Source: an uncultured Alphaproteobacteria bacterium (GTDB taxonomy: Bacteria; Pseudomonadota; Alphaproteobacteria; Rhizobiales; Hyphomicrobiaceae). From it: DNA of 64,000 nt. The stretch covers positions 17,114 to 81,113 of the forward strand of contig CAVUIJ010000008.1 of NCBI GenBank assembly GCA_963741505.1, in the 5' to 3' direction. Below are positions 11,581 through 19,753 of the stretch, one piece after another (position 1 is the first letter of the stretch; each line of letters opens with the position of its first letter). Under the pieces are notes generated by a model. It made no database searches and was not told where the DNA came from. It saw only the letters and a program-made list of their open reading frames with translations. The position numbers and the translations under genes are program-made.

Positions 11581-11997
11581 TTATTCGCCAAATTTTTTCT
11601 TACATGCGTAATAGGCGCCCAAGCATATACCTCTACAGGCTAGGTCGACAGTCCAATGGGACTTACACCAAGGACTTGCTGTGCAACGTGTCATGCATTG
11701 TAATAGTCCGGATTCGCACGTCGGCAGTCTTGGCGTAGGAGGCATGGGCGACGGCTGCAGTGTGCCTGGTGTAGTTGGAGCGGGTGGCTTAGGGGGATAA
11801 ACCTGCTCGCCGGTTTGCGGATTAATAATGACCGGGCCGCTCGGCTTAGGAGCCTCAGGGGTTAGTCCCGAAGGATCTACAAGCGTTAGCGGCGCCCCAC
11901 CTGCATACCCATACACACTCGGCCCGTCCACGAACCCCAAGGGGTCGGGCTCGGGTGTACCTTCGACCCACCCGCATACCCAACACACTCGGCCCAT
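11581..11997 (-). CDS. Rhs C-terminal tip: PDPLGFVDGPSV...DPSGL junction, Pro-rich linker and a ~50-aa Cys-rich domain
   Basis: EPDPLGFVDGPSVYGYAGGAPLTLVDPSGL, then PKPSGPVIINP...PPTPRLPT, then CESGLLQCMTRCTASPWCKSHWTVDLACRGICLGAYYACKKKFGE (7 Cys). Confidence 0.65.
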   Translation of the reverse strand: MGRVCWVCGWVEGTPEPDPLGFVDGPSVYGYAGGAPLTLVDPSGLTPEAPKPSGPVIINPQTGEQVYPPKPPAPTTPGTLQPSPMPPTPRLPTCESGLLQCMTRCTASPWCKSHWTVDLACRGICLGAYYACKKKFGE

Positions 11998-12682
11998 CGA
12001 CGAAGCCGAGCGGGTCGGGCTGGGTGTAGCGGCCGAGGGTTGGATCGTAGCTCCGATGCCAGTTGTAATGCAAGCCGGTCTCGGCCTGGAACCACTGGCC
12101 GGGGAAGCGGGTGTCGAGGGCGGCCGGGCCGGTGATCGAATGCACGCCGCCCCAGGGCAGCCAGACCGCGTCCCACACGCTGGCGCGGGCCGCGTCGGTC
12201 ATCTTCACCGGGCGGTTGAGGTGATCGACGCTGACCCACCAGGTCGCCGGCGAGGCGGTGTTGACCGCATCGACCACCGCCAGCGGCCGGTCGATGGTGG
12301 TGCGTGAACCGGCAGTCGGCGCGATCTCGGTCTCCGGCAGCCAGATGTACTCGCGCACCGTGCCGGTGGCCCCGGTCGCGCCGCCGCCGGCGGTCTCGGC
12401 GATGATGTTGCCGAAGATGTCATGCACGAAGTGGGTCGTGAACGGCGACGGCCCGGCGGTCTGCTGGCGGATGACAAGCTGCTCGAGCGCGTTGTAGCCA
12501 TAGGCATAGGGCAATGCGCCGACGGTGGCGGTGTCGAGCCGGTTGCGCTTGTTGTAGGTGTAGGTGTTGACCGCGCCGAGCCGGTTGTCGGTCAGGATGT
12601 TGCCGGCGTTGTCACTGTTGGCGCTGCCGATCGACGCTCTCGTTAACGCTCGGACGATCGGAGCGCGTGTGATCTGCCGCAC
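11855..12682 (-). pseudogene. N-terminally truncated Rhs core (last ~250 aa), out of frame with its tip
   Basis: YTYNKRNRLDTATVG...REYIWLPE...WWVSVDHLNRPVKMTD...GQWFQAETGLHYNWHRSYDPTLGRYTQPDPLGFVDGPSV is the canonical Rhs core end. No N-terminal domain or upstream VgrG/PAAR is present. Confidence 0.85.
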
Positions 12683-12900
12683 CGTCGAGGCGCATTTCGC
12701 GCTTCCGGCCGGCTCCCCGCAGGGGAGTCGGAAGCGCCATCAAAATGCGTCACCGTCTGCACGCGGTTCGAGTTCATCTCCGCCGGTCGCGGGGCGGTTT
12801 TCGATTTCTCAGGTTCGCTTTTTGTTTTTGCCGATTTCGAAGCCGACCTGTAAGTTCTCAAGCTCGACAGCCCCGCCATTTCTTCATTGCGTCCCTCGCC

Positions 12901-13678
12901 ATGCCCCGCCCCCTCGAACCGGTCTCGCCTTCTCTGCGCACCTTCTACGGCATCGCGTTCTTTGCGGCGTTCGTTGTGCTGTGGAGCATCGCCACGTTCG
13001 GCGGGTTCGTATCGAAGACGTTCCTGGCCAACCCGCTGACCATGCTGGAGGAGGGCTGGCTGCTGCTGACCAAGTTCGGCTTCCTCGGCGACATCGGCAT
13101 GACGATCTGGCGGGTGCTCGGCGGCTTCGTCCTGGCCGCGATCGTCGCGGTGCCGCTCGGCATCGCCATGGGCGCCTGGAAGCCGATCGAAGCCGCGATC
13201 GAGCCGTTCGTGTCGTTCGCCCGCTACCTGCCGGCGTCGGCCTTCATCCCGCTCCTGATCCTGTGGGCCGGCATCGGCGAACTGCAGAAACTGCTCGTCA
13301 TCTTCATCGGCTCGGTATTCCAGATCATCCTGATGGTCGCAGGCAGCGTAGGCTCGACCCGGCGCGACCTGGTGGAAGCGGCCTACACCCTCGGCGCCGA
13401 CGATCGCGGCATCATCGCGCCGCGTATTGATGCCGTCGTCGGCGCCGGCGATCGCAGAAATTCTGCGGCTGGTGCTGGGCTGGGCCTGGACCTACGTCAT
13501 CGTCGCCGAGTTGATCGGCTCGTCATCCGGCATCGGCCACATGATCACCGACAGCCAAGCGCTCTTGAACACCGGGCAGATCATCTTCGGCATCATCGTC
13601 ATCGGTTTGATCGGCCTCGTCTCCGACTTCCTGTTCAAGGCGGTCAATCGCTGGCTCTACCCGTGGTCGCTGGCATGA
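12901..13678 (+). pseudogene. ABC transporter permease (NitT/TauT family), one frame break
   Basis: MPRPLEPVSP...IWRVLGGFVLAAIVAVPLGIAMG.. continues in ORF 13427-13678 (MPSSAPAIAEILRLVLGWAWTYVIVAELIG, EAA-loop region). Extra G near 13417. Confidence 0.85.
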
Positions 13679-14487
13679 CGCAGCTCAGCATCCGGCAGGT
13701 CACGCGTGTGTTTGCGCCGGCCAGGCGCGGCGGCGACCCGACGCGGGCGCTGGAGCCGACCGACCTCGACGTCGCGGCCAACGATTTCGTGACCATTCTC
13801 GGACCTTCCGGCTGCGGCAAGTCGACGTTGCTGCGCATTGTCGCCGGCCTCGACCGGCCGACGGCGGGCGAAGTCGTATTGGATGGCCGCCCGATCACCG
13901 GCCCTGGACCCGACCGCGGCATGGTATTCCAGTCCTACACGCTGTTTCCCTGGCTGACGGTCGAGGACAACATCGCGTTCGGGCTGCGCGAGAAAGGCAT
14001 GGCGTCAAGCGACACCCGCGACATCGTCGCCCGCTACATCGATCGGGTCGGCCTCAAGGGGTTCGAGCAGCATTGGCCGAAGCAGTTGTCGGGCGGCATG
14101 CAGCAGCGCACCGCGATCGCCCGCGCGCTCGCCAACGACCCCAAGATCCTGCTGCTCGACGAGCCGTTCGGCGCCCTCGACAACCAGACCCGCTCACTGA
14201 TGCAGGAGCTGTTACTCGGCATCTGGGAGCGCGAGCGCAAGACCGTGCTGTTCGTCACCCACGACATCGAGGAGGCGATATTCATGGCCTCCCGCGTGGT
14301 GGTGATGAGTGCGCGGCCAGGGCGCATCAAGTCAGAGTTCGCGGTCGACCTGCCGCATCCGCGCCCCTACACGCTGAGGACCGCGCCTTCGTTCGTCGAA
14401 CTCAAGCAGCGTCTGATTGATGAAATCCGGGTCGAGGCGCTCAAAGTCGCCGGCGCTTTCGACGGATCGGCCCCGGCGGAGCACTGA
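13675..14487 (+). CDS. ABC transporter ATP-binding protein
   Basis: Walker A GPSGCGKST, signature LSGGMQQR, Walker B LLLDEP. The ATG overlaps the permease stop (ATGA). Confidence 0.9.
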   Translation: MTQLSIRQVTRVFAPARRGGDPTRALEPTDLDVAANDFVTILGPSGCGKSTLLRIVAGLDRPTAGEVVLDGRPITGPGPDRGMVFQSYTLFPWLTVEDNIAFGLREKGMASSDTRDIVARYIDRVGLKGFEQHWPKQLSGGMQQRTAIARALANDPKILLLDEPFGALDNQTRSLMQELLLGIWERERKTVLFVTHDIEEAIFMASRVVVMSARPGRIKSEFAVDLPHPRPYTLRTAPSFVELKQRLIDEIRVEALKVAGAFDGSAPAEH

Positions 14488-14719
14488 TTTTCTTGCGTCG
14501 GAACTACGGTTCCGGTGCACAACCGTCGCAATTGCCGCCGTGCGCTCCGCCGATTTGGCTGCCGTTGCAGTCGCCGGCTGCCATGTCGATTTGGCGATGA
14601 TCGGGCGCCCGTTCGCGGTCGTCGAACTGCCGCAGGGGCGATAAAGGCCTTCTCAGCACAGCTGTTCGTCGTATATGCCTCTTACCTGTCACATGAGCGG
14701 CAATGGCGAGACGATTGCA

Positions 14720-15703
14720 ATGACCTCGATGAGCGGTAGTGGTGGGTTGGTGACGGTATTCGGCGGTTCGGGTTTCGTCGGACGCCACACGGTGCGGGCG
14801 CTGGCGAAGGCCGGTTGGCGGGTTCGCGCAGCGGTACGCCGGCCGGACCTTGCCGGCCACCTGCAACCGATGGGCGCCGTCGGCCAGATCCATGCCGTGC
14901 AAGCAAACCTTCGCTATCCCGAATCGGTCAAGGCGGCGTGCGCTGGCGCCGATGCAGTGATCAATCTCGTCGGTGTGCTCTATCCCTCCGGCAAGCAGAG
15001 CTTCAGCGCTGTGCACGTGGCCGGCGCGCGCGCCGTCGCAAAGGCCGCCCGCGAGGCCGGCGCCAAGCGACTGATCCACGTTTCGGCAATCGGTGCCGAC
15101 CGCAAGTCGGCGTCGGCCTATGCCCGCTCCAAGGCCGAAGGCGAGGCCGCAGTTCTGGAGGAATTCGCCGATGCCGTCATCGTGCGACCGTCCCTGGTGT
15201 TCGGACCTGAGGACGAGTTGTTCAATCGATTTGCGGCGATGGCGCGCATATCGCCGCTGCTGCCGCTGATCGGCGGCGGCAAGACCCGCTTCCAGCCCGT
15301 GTTCGTCGGTGATCTGGCCAACGCCGTTGCTGCGGTTGCCGCCGGCCAGGGCCGTGCCGGGCAGGTCTATGAGATCGGCGGACCCGAGATACTGTCGTTC
15401 CGTCAGATCCTCGACAGGGTGCAGGCCTGGAGCGGGCGCAGCAGGGGCTACCTGCGGCTGCCGTTCTGGCTCGCCAAACTCCAGGCCGGGCTGACGGCGC
15501 CGTTGCCGAATGCGATGCGGCCGCTCACCGTCGATCAGCTGCGGCTGCTGCAGCGCGACAATGTCGTCAGCGACGCCGCCCAGAAGGAAGGACGCACGCT
15601 CGCCGGCCTCGGCATCACCGCGCCGCACGCCGCCGCTTCGATCGTGCCTGCCTACCTCGAGCGTTTCCGCCCGCGCGGCCAGTACTCCCATTACCGTGGC
15701 TAG
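14720..15703 (+). CDS. NAD(P)H-binding complex I NDUFA9-subunit-family / SDR-type epimerase-like protein
   Basis: VTVFGGSGFVGRHTVRALAKAGWRVRA Rossmann motif, ~327 aa. Confidence 0.8.
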   Translation: MTSMSGSGGLVTVFGGSGFVGRHTVRALAKAGWRVRAAVRRPDLAGHLQPMGAVGQIHAVQANLRYPESVKAACAGADAVINLVGVLYPSGKQSFSAVHVAGARAVAKAAREAGAKRLIHVSAIGADRKSASAYARSKAEGEAAVLEEFADAVIVRPSLVFGPEDELFNRFAAMARISPLLPLIGGGKTRFQPVFVGDLANAVAAVAAGQGRAGQVYEIGGPEILSFRQILDRVQAWSGRSRGYLRLPFWLAKLQAGLTAPLPNAMRPLTVDQLRLLQRDNVVSDAAQKEGRTLAGLGITAPHAAASIVPAYLERFRPRGQYSHYRG

Positions 15704-15802
15704 CCCATAATGTCCGCTGCATGGACAGCAAGGCGCCCAGGCCTTCCGGCCTGGGCGCCCGCAAATTCGCGACGCTGTCCTCGATCCCGTCCGGCCTGAT
15801 TG

Positions 15803-16099
15803 TCAGTGCAGGCTCTGGACGTGCAGCTTGTCACCCATGGCATGGCCGATCGCCGCCTGCCGACTGTCGGTCAACGCCAACGGCGTGCCATCGGCCGCGT
15901 GCAAGGCAAACAGGCTGATGCCTTTCGGCAGGCCCTTGACCGCCGGATACATGCGGTTTGCCTCGTCGGAACTCAGCATCTTGATGTAGGCGACCTTGCC
16001 GCCACCGAGCTTGGCGAGCTCACTCGGGCTGATGCGCGGCACGATGGACCGTCTTTTGGCGCCACTCTTGGCCGCCCTGGTGCGCTTCTGCTCTACCAT
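15803..16099 (-). CDS. DUF1150 family protein
   Basis: MVEQKRTRAAKSG...ISPSELAKLGGGKVAYIK...LFALHAADGTPLALTDSRQAAIGHA. It lies directly downstream of hsp20, the usual alphaproteobacterial arrangement. Confidence 0.75.
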   Translation of the reverse strand: MVEQKRTRAAKSGAKRRSIVPRISPSELAKLGGGKVAYIKMLSSDEANRMYPAVKGLPKGISLFALHAADGTPLALTDSRQAAIGHAMGDKLHVQSLH

Positions 16100-16226
16100 G
16101 ACGGATACCTCCTCTTCAGAGTTCCAGCACGTCATGCCCCGACTGAACGATGGCCGACACTTTCGACCAAACCAAGTCGGAACCATGGTCGTTTGATTCG
16201 TTTGTCTTTACTACAGTTTTGCAAAC

Positions 16227-16664
16227 TTAGGCTTTCGGCCGACCGGCCCCGATATCTATACGCTTGCTGAGGCGTTCGGGTTCATGCCGAACCAGGTCGA
16301 TCGTCAACAGTCCGTTGTCCAAGTTTGCATGTAAAACCTCGATTCCGTCGGCCAAAACGAAGGTTTTATGGAATTGCCGTGCCGCAATGCCGCGGTACAG
16401 GTACTCGCGGGATTTGTCGTCTTGCTGGCGGCCGCGCACCATCAGTTGGCTGTCTTCTAGAGAAATTTCGAGCTGGTCGCGTGTGAAACCGGCAACTGCC
16501 ACCGTGATCCGAAGCAACTCCCGGCTTTGCGCCGTGCGCGCGATGCGTTCGATGTTGTAGGGCGGGTAGCCGTCACTGGCGCTCTTGCCGGCGCGATCAA
16601 TCATGCGTTCAATTTCTTCGAAACCCAGCATCAGTGGGCTCGAAAGCATGGATAGTCGCGTCAT
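16227..16664 (-). CDS. Hsp20/IbpA-family small heat-shock protein
   Basis: GYPPYNIERI...LRITVAVAGF...LEDSQLMVRGRQ...ANLDNGLLTIDL is an alpha-crystallin domain. Confidence 0.9.
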   Translation of the reverse strand: MTRLSMLSSPLMLGFEEIERMIDRAGKSASDGYPPYNIERIARTAQSRELLRITVAVAGFTRDQLEISLEDSQLMVRGRQQDDKSREYLYRGIAARQFHKTFVLADGIEVLHANLDNGLLTIDLVRHEPERLSKRIDIGAGRPKA

Positions 16665-16775
16665 AGCTGGCCCTTTCCGATAAGCGACCACTGCCTTTTC
16701 TTCGCTCTGCCAGCCCGTTCAGGCGCTGGCCCAGGCCTGCCCATTCCTGGCGCCGGCCTTTTCAACGTGACGGGG

Positions 16776-16803
16776 ATATGGGATGCGCGCTATCGCTTTC
16801 AAG
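16776..16803 (-). promoter_or_regulatory. putative sigma32 (RpoH)-type promoter of hsp20-DUF1150
   Basis: The minus strand reads CTTGAAA-14 nt-CCCATAT, a close match to the CTTGAAA/CCCCATNT heat-shock consensus. It sits ~105 nt upstream of the hsp20 ATG. Confidence 0.5.
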
Positions 16804-16870
16804 CCACGGGGAGTTTATATGCTCTATCTCAGCATAAATTCCCCTTCCGCCTGATCGGAAGAGCCAGCCC

Positions 16871-17602
16871 TTGTCGCCTGAGACTATGCTCATTCTCGCC
16901 GGTGCGCTGCTCGGCGGCTTCGTCAACGGCATGTCCGGCTTCGGCACCACGCTGGTGGCGCTGCCGTTCTGGGTCCATGCGGTGTCGCCGGTGATTGCCG
17001 CCCAGCTCGGCGCCGCCGGTGGCGTGATCGGCAATTTGCAGTCGCTGCGGGCAACCTGGCCGCTGGTGCGCTGGCGGGCCGTGGCGCCGTACATTTTGAC
17101 GGGCCTCGCCGGTGTCCCGATCGGCACCTACCTGTTGCCGCAGCTCGACCCGCGTTCGTTCAAGCTCGGCGTCGGCGGCATCCTGGTGCTCTTCTGCGTG
17201 TTCCAGCTCGGCAGCCGCGACCGGTTGCGATTTGCCGGCGGCGGCAGGTTCGCGGACGCTGTTGTCGGATTTCTCGGTGGATTCCTCGGCGGTCTGGCCG
17301 GCATGTCCGGCCCCTTGCCGACGATGTGGGCGTCATTGCGCGGCCTCGCCAAGGACGACAAGCGCGTGCTGTTCCAATCGTTCAACACCACCATGCTGTC
17401 GGCGATGTTGTGCTTTTCAGCGGTGCAGGGATTGCTGTCCTGGGAGTTCGGGCGAGCGCTGCTGATCTCGCTGCCATGTTCGATCGCTGGCGCCCGGCTG
17501 GGGCACTGGGTCTACACCCGCCTCGCCGCCCATCATTACGACCGTATTGTGCTCGTGCTGCTGCTGCTGTCGGGCGTCAGCCTGCTGTGGGGCAACCTGT
17601 AG
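16871..17602 (+). CDS. sulfite exporter TauE/SafE family membrane protein
   Basis: LLGGFVNGMSGFGTTLVALPFW and a repeated G-rich TM pattern. 243 aa, TTG start. Confidence 0.8.
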   Translation: MSPETMLILAGALLGGFVNGMSGFGTTLVALPFWVHAVSPVIAAQLGAAGGVIGNLQSLRATWPLVRWRAVAPYILTGLAGVPIGTYLLPQLDPRSFKLGVGGILVLFCVFQLGSRDRLRFAGGGRFADAVVGFLGGFLGGLAGMSGPLPTMWASLRGLAKDDKRVLFQSFNTTMLSAMLCFSAVQGLLSWEFGRALLISLPCSIAGARLGHWVYTRLAAHHYDRIVLVLLLLSGVSLLWGNL

Positions 17603-17668
17603 AACCCTCGTCACAATCCTGCGCTGATCGCCTGCGATAGCGGCCAGATCGAACGCCCATGAGGAACT

Positions 17669-18352
17669 TTGAATCCGATGCCCCACGTTCTGCAACGCAC
17701 CACGATGCTGTCCGCCTTGCTGCTCGCCGGCCTGCTGGCGAGCCCGGCCACTCAGGCACAGGAGAAAAAGCCCGAGAGCTTGGGGACTTCGATCCCACTC
17801 GACGAGTTGACGCCCGAGGAGAAGGCCGAGCGCGAGGCGCGCAAGGACTGCAAAGTCGCGATCTGCGCCATCTTCCACAACCGCAAGGCGCAAGGCCCGG
17901 ATGTGTCGTGCAGCGTGCTCAAGACCTGGCGCAAGGAGCAGCTCGACAAGATGGTGGCCAAGGCCAAGGTGTCGTGGCCGTGGGGCCGGGTGAAATGCGT
18001 TGCCGATGTAAAGCTGAAGCGCGCCGACCTGATCAAGGGCATGACTGAGGCGAAGTACGAGGCGCAACTCGGCAAGCACGAGGTCAAGTGCGAGGTCGAG
18101 CGCGACAAGGAGGCCAAGGCTGACATCAATTTCGACTTCTCGCCGAAGGTCACGTTCGAGAACGGCAAGGCGACGAAGGCGTACTTGAACTGGGGCAAGA
18201 TCGAAGCGCCCACTCTCGTCAAGGGCGCGATGTGGACTGCGACCGCCACCGACAACACCTTCAACGTGCTGCAGTCGACGATCGTCGAAGACATCAACGA
18301 CTTCGTCGGCAACAAGTGCATGGAAGTGAAGGCCGATTGGGCCGGGAAGTAA
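17669..18352 (+). CDS. secreted hypothetical protein (Lys/Glu-rich, 6 Cys)
   Basis: Signal MLSALLLAGLLASPATQAQ. No family recognised. Confidence 0.5.
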   Translation: MNPMPHVLQRTTMLSALLLAGLLASPATQAQEKKPESLGTSIPLDELTPEEKAEREARKDCKVAICAIFHNRKAQGPDVSCSVLKTWRKEQLDKMVAKAKVSWPWGRVKCVADVKLKRADLIKGMTEAKYEAQLGKHEVKCEVERDKEAKADINFDFSPKVTFENGKATKAYLNWGKIEAPTLVKGAMWTATATDNTFNVLQSTIVEDINDFVGNKCMEVKADWAGK

Positions 18353-18673
18353 GGCTTGTTGACCCCGAGGTCAGACTTGCGGGTCGGGTAGAGCCCCATC
18401 GCGAGACCCAATGGAGGCGCGCGCGCAGCGCCCGAAATATGTCGTGCTTCGCACAATTGTATTGTCGGGTTGCGCTGCGCTGCGCGTTGCTACCGCCGCC
18501 GGCCAGGGACGGCCAGCCGATCCGATTGGCGCGCGCCTGTGGCCGGTGCCGCTTGCCTCGAATCGGCCGCTGCGGCTAACCGGGGACTCGGCCGCATCGA
18601 CACAGCGCGGTGCGGCCGTTGCTAAGAAATTAGACTTGGCGTTGCCGGTTGCGCTGCCACAGAGGCTCCCTCG

Positions 18674-19396
18674 ATGCTTGGACTGAAGCCGGAACGCTTG
18701 GGGTTGCAGGACTTCAATTCGCAGCCGATCGCGGTGTGCGGCAAGTCATTCATCGCCGATCAGTCGGGCGCACTCTACTGGGGCGCAGAAAAGGCGCTGA
18801 TCATCGCCGATCTGCATCTCGAGAAGGGCTCGAGCTACGCCGCGCGCGGAGTAATGTTGCCGCCCTACGATACGCGGGCGACCCTGCTGCGCCTCGCCGA
18901 GACCATCGATCGCTATGAGGTCGATTGCGTGATCGCGCTCGGCGACAGCCTGCATGACAGGAGCGCGGCGGAACGCATCGCCAAGGACGACCTCGATATC
19001 CTGGGCATCATGCAGGAGGACCGGCGCTGGATCTGGGTCACCGGCAACCACGACCCCGCCGTCGACGGGGCGTTCGGCGGCGAGGTGGTCGAGGAACTGA
19101 GCCTCGAGGGACTGGCGCTGCGCCATCTGCCGCGGCCCGGCCGGGTGACGCACGAGATCGCCGGCCACATGCATCCGGCCGCCAGATTGTCGCTCTACGG
19201 CAGCAGCTTGCGCCGGCCATGCTTTGTCGGCAATGGCTTGAGGCTGGTGCTGCCGGCGTTCGGTGCCTTTGCCGGCGGCCTCAACGTGCTTGACGACGCC
19301 TTCGTGCCGCTGTTCGGCGATGATGGCCTGTCGGTGTGGATGCTGGGCCAGGAGGGCTTGTACCCGGTGGCGACGCGGCAGCTCAGGGGGGATTGA
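18674..19396 (+). CDS. pdeM: ligase-associated DNA-damage-response metallophosphoesterase PdeM
   Basis: ALYWGAEKALIIADLHLEKGSSYAARGVMLPPYDT...ALGDSLHD...WVTGNHD. Confidence 0.8.
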   Translation: MLGLKPERLGLQDFNSQPIAVCGKSFIADQSGALYWGAEKALIIADLHLEKGSSYAARGVMLPPYDTRATLLRLAETIDRYEVDCVIALGDSLHDRSAAERIAKDDLDILGIMQEDRRWIWVTGNHDPAVDGAFGGEVVEELSLEGLALRHLPRPGRVTHEIAGHMHPAARLSLYGSSLRRPCFVGNGLRLVLPAFGAFAGGLNVLDDAFVPLFGDDGLSVWMLGQEGLYPVATRQLRGD

Positions 19397-19591
19397 GGGC
19401 GGCGGATGGGTTGAATTAGGTTCGTCAGTGCGCGTAGGTTGGGTTGAGCCCCCTCGCGAAACCGAACATGCTACCAGCCATTGAAGTGCATTGCCCGAAT
19501 ACCCATGATGCCTCCTGGGGTGGGGACCTCCGCGAACAATCGAGCAACGCAGGCTTGCCTTCGCCCCCGTTCCCCGCCATATACGGGGCGG

Positions 19592-19684
19592 GGAAGTTGG
19601 CTGCGGACGTGTCTCTCGCCAACCGGGTCAGGACCGGAAGGTAGCAGCCCTAACGAGCCGGATATGGGTCGTTGGTCAGCTTCC
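19592..19684 (+). ncRNA. ffs: signal recognition particle RNA (4.5S, small bacterial type)
   Basis: Conserved domain-IV core GGGUCAGGACCGGAAGGUAGCAGCC. The 5' GGAAGUUGGCUG pairs with the 3' UGGUCAGCUUCC and a U-rich tail follows. It occupies the classic position upstream of dnaX. Confidence 0.85.
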
Positions 19685-19753
19685 TCATTTTGCTTTTCCG
19701 CCGCGCCGGCCTCGCCGCGCGTCCTGCCGCACCGCTGAGGCAGATCGAACGCA

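Noticed and set aside
12745-14487. Single 580-aa ORF that appears to fuse the ABC permease to the ATPase
   Set aside because: The fusion arises from the +1 break near 13417. The permease C-terminus (EAA-loop region) continues in ORF 13427-13678. The ATPase has its own ATG overlapping that stop (ATGA at 13675).
16665-16775. ROSE-type RNA thermometer in the hsp20 leader
   Set aside because: The leader length and context fit. I could not find the characteristic final hairpin that sequesters the SD with a bulged G, nor the conserved ROSE sequence, by eye. A covariance-model scan is needed.
18353-18673. 320-bp GC-rich non-coding gap upstream of pdeM, as a possible ncRNA or riboswitch
   Set aside because: I recognised no conserved riboswitch core, no convincing hairpin-plus-U terminator and no repeats. 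It is probably an ordinary promoter or UTR region.
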